From the human T2T-CHM13v2.0 reference genome, Homo sapiens, in NCBI RefSeq assembly GCF_009914755.1, contig NC_060934.1: DNA of 64,000 nucleotides; one strand, given 5' to 3'. Positions 14,267 through 64,000 of this stretch are shown one piece after another (the first letter of the stretch is position 1; every line of letters starts with the position of its first letter). The translations under genes and the position numbers were made by a program. A model generated the notes under the pieces. That model did no database searches. It saw only the letters and a program-made list of their open reading frames with translations, and was not told the DNA's origin.

Positions 14267-14363
14267 GTCTGGAGCCCTTCCACCCTGGCTTCATCTTGGA
14301 AGCTAAGCAGGGTGGGGACTGGCTAGAACTTGGATGGGAGACTGCCCGGGAAAACCGGGTGCT
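14267..14363 (+). pseudogene. 5S rRNA retropseudogene (internally deleted, 3'-truncated, no poly-A tail)
   Basis: atcttggaagctaagcagggtggggactggctagaacttggatgggagactgcccgggaaaaccgggtgct matches 5S rRNA. The 5' part gtct..cc..ccaccctg matches the 5S start. Flanked by aaaaataaggac/aaaaacaaggac. Confidence 0.9.
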
Positions 14364-15159
14364 CAAAAACAAGGACTATTCTGTGCTCTTAAAAGAAGAT
14401 TTAGGCTATCTAATTGTGAAAAAATGTTAGTATATTAATGGTAACTGTAGTCTTTTACTAGAGACAGGAAATTTAATAACTGAATATGCCTACATTACTA
14501 AAATTATCTATTTATATACATATCATGACTTTGATCTTTAATGTTTAAGTTGTAAAAGCAGTATTCACATGCAGAATGATTTGCTGCTTTCAAACCTGTT
14601 CATCTTTGCCTACAATTAACAACCTAATTTGAAGAAGAGGAAGACAGGCTAATGAATTTTAACTTAAATCAGGAGTTCCCATGCTCACTCATTCCTACTA
14701 TTTAAGGCTTTTGTTTTCTTAATAGCTAGGAATATTTTATCTTCAAGAAAACTTTCTAAGAATTTTATGGTTCATGTATGAAATCACACAAGAGTTTCTT
14801 TAAATAGAATTTCCTGGTCTTACAAGTAAATAAAAATAATAATAATAATGGTTGTACCTTTTTTTTAAGAAGTAGTAGTCGTCTATTTCTGAGGTTTCTA
14901 AAAAGTAGTAATGATATATTTTTCTATAACCAAAAGCTGTACAAGTAGAAAAAGAATTATTTAAATTCATTCATAGCTCAAAATTTCCCAGACTCCATTT
15001 AAATCACTAGCACTCAATTCTGGGTTCATTGCATGGCAAATTAATTTATTTCTAAAATCGTATTTCTGTACTCATTTGTTTTAGCAGCTTAGTTGCATGC
15101 TCCAAAGATAATTTTTTGAATTCAGATGAATCACATTCATTTCTCTTTCATTTACTCAG

Positions 15160-54434
<39,275 letters not shown>

Positions 54435-54522
54435 GCCATCAGACGAACACAAGAGAGGCTCAAACAAGAAATTCACTGTGTACACTCTCTAAGACATTCT
54501 CCAAATTGATTTTATCTCTTTA

Positions 54523-54541
54523 AATAAAAACTTTAAATAAA
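54523..54541 (+). terminator. Tandem AATAAA polyadenylation signals of ARMC3 (54523-54528, 54536-54541)
   Basis: Two canonical hexamers about 90-100 nt after the stop, followed by T/GT-rich sequence. Confidence 0.8.
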
Positions 54542-55579
54542 AGTATTAGAAATGTTTTCTCTGCGTAGAAATTAGGAAGCTTGGAGTGAACTTTGCTGTG
54601 CTTCTGATTTCAGGCTTTTGGCAAGAGTTCTGTCTTATTAGGTCATTTTCCGCTCACTGACCCTCACATAAAGCTGATTGTTGTCGAAATTCATCCAGCC
54701 CACTGTGTCCTGAGGAGCGTCTCTGTCATTTAGGAATCACATGTAGCACTCAGCTGCTGCACCCAGGACAACACTGTGGCCTCATGACTGTCATCTTTCA
54801 TGCCCAGAATGCTTCAGGCATGCTCAGTTAAGCAAACTAAGTGAATTTTTAGTATTTGCAATCACCTTGTCTCAGTTTCATTTAAGATTTTGATAGTTTA
54901 GATAGAATAAACACAGATCTGAGTGTTACAAATTCCTTTCTAAAAATTTTTGTTTCTATTTTTAAAAATTCATCATTAAAAACACTTTAATATAGTGAAT
55001 TAAAAATATTTCTAAAGTATATTTCCATAAAATGGTTTTGGTTTCATCTTGTCTGTGTTAGCTTGGAAACATACCTTCAGCTAAAAACAATTCTGATTTG
55101 CTCTTCCACATTTTAATGCTGGGCCATTAATATATTATTTTCAATTTATAGAACTAAAAAATTTTTATTTTTTGGAAAACTTTGAAGCATAAAGGTAGAG
55201 CAAATCTTTGCTGAGGAATTGTGTTTTAGTATTGAGCACAAAATGGGGAGTAAATTCACATTTCAAATGATAAGACAAAAACTACTAATGTGGTTAATCT
55301 CGTGAAGTACATATTGCCTAGTCACGCTTAAAGTCCAGTGTTGACCTGTATAGTCATTTTCCTAGAAGACGTTTTAAAGTGAATTTGATTTTAGAAATTA
55401 AAGCTAAGATTATTTTGTATTAATTTGTAATTTCAAATAATATAATTCTTTATTTCAGAATAAATTTATTTCAAATGGCGTGGTAATTATATTTATCATA
55501 GAATTTTATGAAATTAGAGCGTGGCTTATGGGATACAAACCTATTTGTAGGTTTTTCCTCTGCATTTTAAAGTCTGTTT

Positions 55580-57020
55580 TGATCCAGAAAGTATTTAAAG
55601 TGGATTACAAAGATCCATGGGATATAAGAAGGAAAAAAAAAATAAATGAAATGCAGGCGTAAGTGTAGAAAAGTCCAACAAAGCAGGAATAAGATTTGGA
55701 TCCAAAGATTAGAATTCAATAAAATGCAGTGCATTTGTTAGAGATGAATGGAAATTTGACTCTATACTCACTGGCAGCCAGTGTGAGGGGAAATGTTATT
55801 TATCCATTATGGGATTTACACTAGGATCTGCTAGATAAAAGCACAGACCAGTTTCTCAGGTGGAACAAATATCAGGGGAATTTCTCTTTGGTAGATTCAT
55901 AGAGATGGCAAAATGTAACCTAGAAAATAACATCGTCAAAAACCAACCTCCTGGTAAGTTCTGAAAAGAAGTTTCACAGGCCAAGGCCCCAACATCAAAG
56001 TGGAATTAGGCAAATGTTCTATGCAGAGCTACTAGGATAGGGCCCGGGTATACACCACTTTTTAAAATCTGGTGCATGCCAAAGATTTTTTTTTTTAATC
56101 TTTGAGACAATTCTGTACAATGTCTCTTTCAACTAGTTTCTAGATAATTACTGAACAGAGATAGTTTAAATTTAATTCTCATACAGGTTTTCAAAGTTCA
56201 TTTCTTCTGATTTACTTGGTTTAAATGTAGAGCCATAAAATTTAATAATCAGCCAATTATACAAAGACAATACATTTGCAATGGCAACAAAAGTTATAAA
56301 ATACATAGAAATAAATTTAACAAGAACTATGCAAGAAAAACTACAGAATTTTAATGAGACTTGAATAAATGGAGATGTCCTTTCCAGGAACAGCATGCTC
56401 TTTGATGGGAAATTCAGTAGTAAAAAGATTTCAGTCCCCCATATTAAAATCTAAAATTAGTATAATTTCTATTAGAATCCCAACACATTTCTTTTTTTTC
56501 TGAAATTGACAAACAGCAAAATGTATTTAGAAGAATAAATGTGTATAAAAACTAAGAATATTTTGAAATAGAAAAATACAGAGGAATTGTCTCACTTATT
56601 AGAACATGTATTAAAAAGCAATAAAAAGCAAATTTAGGATGGTACAGGCATAAAAATTAAAAAAAATTAAGACTCCAGACACAAATCCATACATATAGGT
56701 AGGATTTAGCATTGTTAAAAGTAGCTTTTTTGCCCAGTGGAAAAATGATAGCCTATTCGGTAACTGGTTTGGGGAAAATTATAATCTTGAGAAGGGAGAT
56801 TCTATTTATGCCAGAAAAACTAGAAGTCATAAAAGAACATATATGACAAGTTTGGCTACATAAAACTCTTAAATTCCTGTCAGCAAAATACACTGTAAGC
56901 AAAATTATTGACAGGGAGAAAAAAAAACAGCATATTTAACAAGCAAAATGTTAACATTCTCAATAAGCAAAGATCTTCTAAAAATCAATAAGAAAAAGAC
57001 AATACACTTGGAAAATAAAC
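55580..57020 (+). mobile_element. Very old L1M ORF2 fragments
   Basis: tttgcaatggcaacaaaagttataaaatacatagaaataaatttaacaaga...gacttgaataaatggaga. Confidence 0.6.
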
Positions 57021-57756
57021 AGAGTTGGCAACACTTTTCTATAGGGGTAATAATCCTCAGATCTCAGTGGCTTAGGTCTTTTATCACATTACATATCAAA
57101 CATAGGTCAATAGTGGGAGCTCGGTTCCACACAGTCATTCAAGAACCCAGGCTGACAGAAGTTCCTCCATTTTGTACCTGCAGCATCTGGAATACAGGAT
57201 CTCCTCAGTTGCTACAGCGAGAGGGAAAAGTGCTAAGGATATCCTTCAGGAATTATATGCTTTGGCCTGGAATAATGTGCAATTTGGTCAGAACTAGACC
57301 CAAACCATATGGGGTAATATCTGAAACTATAGAGATTTTAGTCAGAATCCTGGGTGTCCCTTAAAACCCTGGCAACTGTTGTGGTTGTGACATTTCAAGA
57401 CAATTTATATAAAGTAACTTGTAGTTGTTCTGTCAGATCCAAAATCCAGAGTTTTACTTCTGGAGATCAAAACATTTCATTAAAATTAATAACTAACTTT
57501 TAAAAATAGCTGTTAATTAAATGGAAAATGGACAGTTAAATAAAATCCGTTTCACAAGCTTTGATCTTTAAGCAAGCATCATAAATGAGAATTGAAGTTT
57601 GCACTGTGCTTTTCGTAAGTACACATCAAATGTGTTTAATACTTTTAATAAGTACACATCAAATGTATTATTTCCTTGCCAAAGAAGCAGAACTTCATCC
57701 ATGAAAAATACTTTTCCAGAAGCTCAAAATAACATGTAAAATCGAATGGATTATTA

Positions 57757-57899
57757 TTTTTTGAGGCAGGGTCACTCTGTCACGCAGGCTGGAATGCAGT
57801 GGCACAGTCATAACTCACTGCAGCCTCGACCTCCCAGGGCTCAGGTGATCCTCCCATCTCATAAGTAATTATGGTTTTTGTCATTACTTTTAATGGCAA
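57757..57899. mobile_element. Truncated antisense Alu arm fused to a MADE1 (Hsmar1 MITE) fragment (57863-57899)
   Basis: aagtaattatggtttttgtcattacttttaatggcaa matches the MADE1 internal palindrome. Confidence 0.75.
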
Positions 57900-57966
57900 G
57901 TAACTTGTTTCTCAGCAAGATATCTCTTACAGTATTCCCCTGCCAGAGCTGGCAATCTGGAGATGA

Positions 57967-58366
<400 letters not shown>

Positions 58367-58879
58367 TGAATACGGGGGTAGGATGAACTTACTAAACACT
58401 ATATGGAAAAATATCACTGTTCTTGGTATATTCTAGGAACAATACATAGTGTCAAGTCACTTATTTAGGGATTAATATTTAAAAGTCCTATTCTTTATTT
58501 AAAATTACCTGAGTAGTATTATATAGATCACTAGCAAAAGCTTTGCTTAGGTTTATCATTTTAAAGCCATGAATATAATTAGTTTAATAATAAAAGTGGA
58601 CTTCATTTCCAAGGACAATCATCAAGGTGTCAGGTGGGACTATATTAATATAGTGAATTCAAATAAAGTTCTTGTGGAACTCACACAGTACAAGAGACCT
58701 GTAGGATCTACCAATAAATAAACCACAAATCACAATTTAAAAAATAAAAAGCATTGTTGGAAAAGGTAAAGAAATTTTCTTGTGGTGATTTTACTTATAA
58801 ATTCAATAAGCCTTTATTATTGAGAATTAAAATAATAGCAGGGATTAAAAAATTCAATGTCTTTATTATTGAGAAGCAA

Positions 58880-59290
58880 TATAATAGCACCTCTTTAGAA
58901 TCAGAGCTGAGATCAAGTTCTGTCTCTCACTTTTTCTAGCCGTGTGACCTTGAGAGAATTACTTAACCTCTATCTCCCTCAGTTAGTCTTCTGGAAAGTA
59001 AGGAAAAATAATAGCAAATATTTATATATTGTTTACGATGTGCCAGAGGCTGTTCTTTGTAGTTTCAACTCTTGGAGTAATCCTGTGATGCATAGGTAGG
59101 ACTACCCACAGTTAACAAGTGAGAAAACCCAGGCACAGAGAGGTTAAGTAATTTGCCCAAGATTGTCCAGCTAGTAAGCGGCAAAGCTTTCAATTTAAAC
59201 ACAGTTTGGCTTCAGAGGCCATGCTTCCAACCTATATGTCTCATAAAGCTGTTGTGAGGGTGAAATAAGACCATGCATATAAATGACAGG
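58880..59290. mobile_element. Two MIRs, antisense copy (approx. 59020-59230) nested in a sense copy
   Basis: tgtgaccttgagagaattacttaacctct (+) and gaggttaagtaatttgcccaag (-). Confidence 0.7.
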
Positions 59291-59321
59291 TGGGGGATGG
59301 CATATGCATTTGTATATGTGA

Positions 59322-59325
<4 letters not shown>

Positions 59326-59363
<38 letters not shown>
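59326..59363 (+). repeat. (GT)19 microsatellite
   Basis: Perfect dinucleotide run. Confidence 0.97.
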
Positions 59364-59365
<2 letters not shown>

Positions 59366-59459
59366 CTCTCTATTCTATGCACACATGATGTTCTGTTTGC
59401 CTTTAGCATGTTTTAAGGGAATTCCTCATTCTTCAAGCATTTGTCTCTCTCTTGAGATC

Positions 59460-59645
59460 CCTCTGTAGGGCCAGAGAGTAAATATTTCAGGTTTTGCAGG
59501 CTATTCCATCTCTACTGCAGCCACTCAACTCTGCTATTGCAGCACAAAAGCAGCATAGATAATACCTAACCAATGAAACTGTATCTACTAAAACAGGTGG
59601 GGGGCCAGATTGGCTCACGGACCATAGTTGGTCAACCCTTGCTTT
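59460..59645 (+). mobile_element. MER58-type hAT DNA transposon
   Basis: gggccagagagtaaatatttcaggttttgcaggc...aaaacaggtggggggccagattgg. Confidence 0.8.
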
Positions 59646-59899
59646 AGATGATGAGCACTTTGAGGATAAGGACATGGAAAGGCTTCAGTTTACTTAGTAT
59701 AATCCCTGGGCACCTTAGCTAAGTATTCAGGGGAGACTCCCACCCTGGCATTTGCCTTTCCTGGTTTCTCTGGGCTCTAAGATGGATCTGCTTGATGTTA
59801 TTCCAATGGATGCCAACACAGATGCCTTATTTTTCAATAGGATGAGGACAGATTTGACCAATCTACATAAGAAAATAAACCTCCTATCTTCTATACTTT

Positions 59900-60620
<721 letters not shown>

Positions 60621-61304
60621 CTTCATCAATTCTTAACAGTCTTTATGGAATCTCTCATCTGTAAAATAGAGACGATTCATACAAGGATATGTGAACTTAC
60701 CCTAGCCAGTATCCCTATAATATGTATAAATATAGATATTCACATGTTTTATACAGATATATAAAAGCTTATTATATATGTATATTATTTATAATTACAT
60801 TAAAAAGGTCACAATAGATGGGCCTCATAAGTCATCAAGGCCAATTTTCTTTTCTGGCAACCCCAAAGGAATATTTGTAAAGAAGTATGGTGGTTATCAG
60901 CTATATCATACTACATTGCCCTACTAATCTTTTGTCTACAGGTTCAAGTCCAAATTCAGATCAAGCCTCACTTTCTTCCCTAAGCTTCCCCTGATGCCTT
61001 ATGCTCTACTGGTGACCTTCTCTCATAGCATCTTTGGCACTCATTTTGCATTTTTTCATATGCTTACTGCCTGGGGTTGCTGTTTTCTTAATGCACATGT
61101 ATGTGATATCATGGTTAGAAGCATGCAGATCCTTGGAGTCAGAGAGGCTCGGGTTGGAGTGTCCTACTTAAACCATTCTTAGCTGTGGGATCTTTAGCAA
61201 ATGTCTTGGTTTCTACATCTCTAAAATGGGGATGTAATAATAGTAACCACTTCATAAGGTTGCTCTCAGAAGTAAATAAGTCCATGTACAGTACTGAACA
61301 TAAC

Positions 61305-61705
61305 GTCAAAAATAAAATCAGATCCAGTTAGAATGTTAAGAGTTTATCCTGCACACAAAAGAATAGTTCACAAACTGGGAGACCTCAACGTCTCAATTTT
61401 ACAGCAGTAACAGTGCAGTTCATAGAGCACAAAGGAGGAAGGATTTTGGTCTTTTTCATAATTGGCTGTCATATAGTCTTTATTAAGGCAAACCAAACTG
61501 TTTAAGCTGATTTATTGATAGGTTATTGGTTTAATTTCACTGAATCAGTCTGATAAAGACAAAAAGCTTACATTTGTGTTATGTTTACCTTTATGGTGAA
61601 AGGTTTGGGAAAATCAGGATGACTTAAGTTTTGTTTACACAGCTACGGGCAGCTGGGCTTTGGGTATACCTAAACTGTGGCCTCCATTTTTATTTTGCTT
61701 TAACA
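61305..61705 (-). mobile_element. Probable LTR fragment inserted in a MIR
   Basis: Ends ...ggcctccatttttattttgctttaaca (TG on minus); MIR sequence resumes afterwards. Confidence 0.45.
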
Positions 61706-62007
61706 ATTGTAAGCATTTGACAACTATTAGCTATTATGCTTTGATCTCTCCTGAAGAGATGGAAAGGAATTCTATGTTGGGCATACACCTTACTCTCAAG
61801 AGCTCCTTGCAAACGGATAACTTGAATAATATTTGTTGACTATCTGAATGCCTTAAACTAACTGATCTTAAAGACTAAAATGGAATTGGAATTCATTTTT
61901 ATTTTCTTTTGGATATTTTTGAAAGTAGTTGGGTGGTAAAGAAAATCACTCCCATTTCTGATTAGGTACTGATTTCCTTTGGCCTTTCAGTGTAACAAAT
62001 ATGATGA

Positions 62008-62346
<339 letters not shown>

Positions 62347-62445
62347 TAGAATGTCAAAATGCAGAAATTCTGTCTTTGGAGCTAATGTCTGAAATCACTC
62401 CCCATCACCAACACCTTTGCTACCTGTGTGTGAGTGTTTCATTAA

Positions 62446-62892
<447 letters not shown>

Positions 62893-64000
62893 TAAGATGA
62901 CTTGGGCTCTTGTTAACCTGCTAACAATGTATAAGGCTCCATATAGGGTAAGATCTTTCTTTCCACCAGAACTTGGAAAGGAGCAGGCTCCCATTTTGAC
63001 AAGTCCCCAGTGAGCAGCATCTGCTTTAGGTATATTTCAGTCACAAACGTCTGGGTCTGACCTCAGAGTGATGAGCTAAGAGTCATTAATTTCCTTTTCC
63101 AGCTCAAAGGTATCAGCCCCCAAATGCTGCAGACAGTCAGGCTCTGAATCTTGAGAAAGTCCCAGTTTGTTTTACACAAGAACAGCTGGCATACAAATGG
63201 AATCAAGCACTTTTAAGTAGTCGTTAATAATACTGATGAGAACAGCTGAAGCAAACAGCGGCCTCTGTAAGTACTCAGATATCTGACATACAAATCGAGT
63301 GATAGTCCAATTAGTTTATTTATAGGTTCCTTTCTTTGAAAAATATGAGTTTGTGTCTAGCTGTCCTTTTGATTCTACAGTCTTTACTTTTAGAAAAACT
63401 TTGAAAAGCCTAGATGAATGCATTTATATCTGTATTATCAAGTCATTTATCTGCTAACTCATTGATAGTCATTATCTGCATACACAATTTTCTAGCTCTG
63501 TGATTTCATTTATTTAGCTTTCCAGAAAATTGTTTTATTAAAAGTCTCATTTTATTAATACAAATAAGAGAGAGCGATAAATACGCTAGTTGCATAGACT
63601 CTTACAGGATAGAAAGCTTAGCTTATTTTTCTTGTATGCAATTATTTGCTCCTTTGAGGATTAGAATGAAAAGAAAAATTAACTGTTGAATGAGGAGATT
63701 TTCTTTATGCAGTTATTATTTTCCTTAACTAAATAAGATAATAATAGAATAAATAATAAAAAGAGAGCAATGAATCGCCAGCAACAGACTTCAGAGTCCC
63801 ACTCAGAAGTAACAATATGAAACCTATACTAGCCGGCTTTAAAGAGCATCACAAAACTTAACAACAGTAAAACTCTCACCATGCCTGAGAGCCATGATTA
63901 CTAGCTATGTAAACATTACTGCTGAGTTAAAAACACTTACAGGATAATTAAAATGCCCCTTTTCAAACATGTTTCTTACAAAATAAATGTCCTGAGACTC

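Overview
Primate (almost certainly human) genomic DNA, rich in Alu, L1, L2, MIR and LTR repeats. It contains the 3' half of ARMC3 (armadillo repeat containing 3) on the + strand. Nine GT-AG coding exons (15160-54434) splice in frame into ARM repeats, a Ser/Lys-rich linker and a C-terminal EDR1/CTR1-like domain, followed by tandem AATAAA signals and about 9 kb of repeat-rich downstream sequence. The most notable signals read from the sequence are: a candidate alternative terminal exon at 31061 that would remove the C-terminal domain; two adjacent phase-2 exons that look like an ancient tandem exon duplication and are bracketed by inverted Alus; three in-frame 3' splice sites in one exon; apparent loss of catalytic Cys/His in the C-terminal domain; a tailless 5S rRNA retrocopy with target-site duplications; a ~0.9 kb pure pyrimidine tract; and intronic RFX and CTCF motifs. 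I found no convincing novel multi-gene system. Almost all other ORFs in the track are repeat-derived. Repeat boundaries and subfamily calls were made by eye and are approximate.
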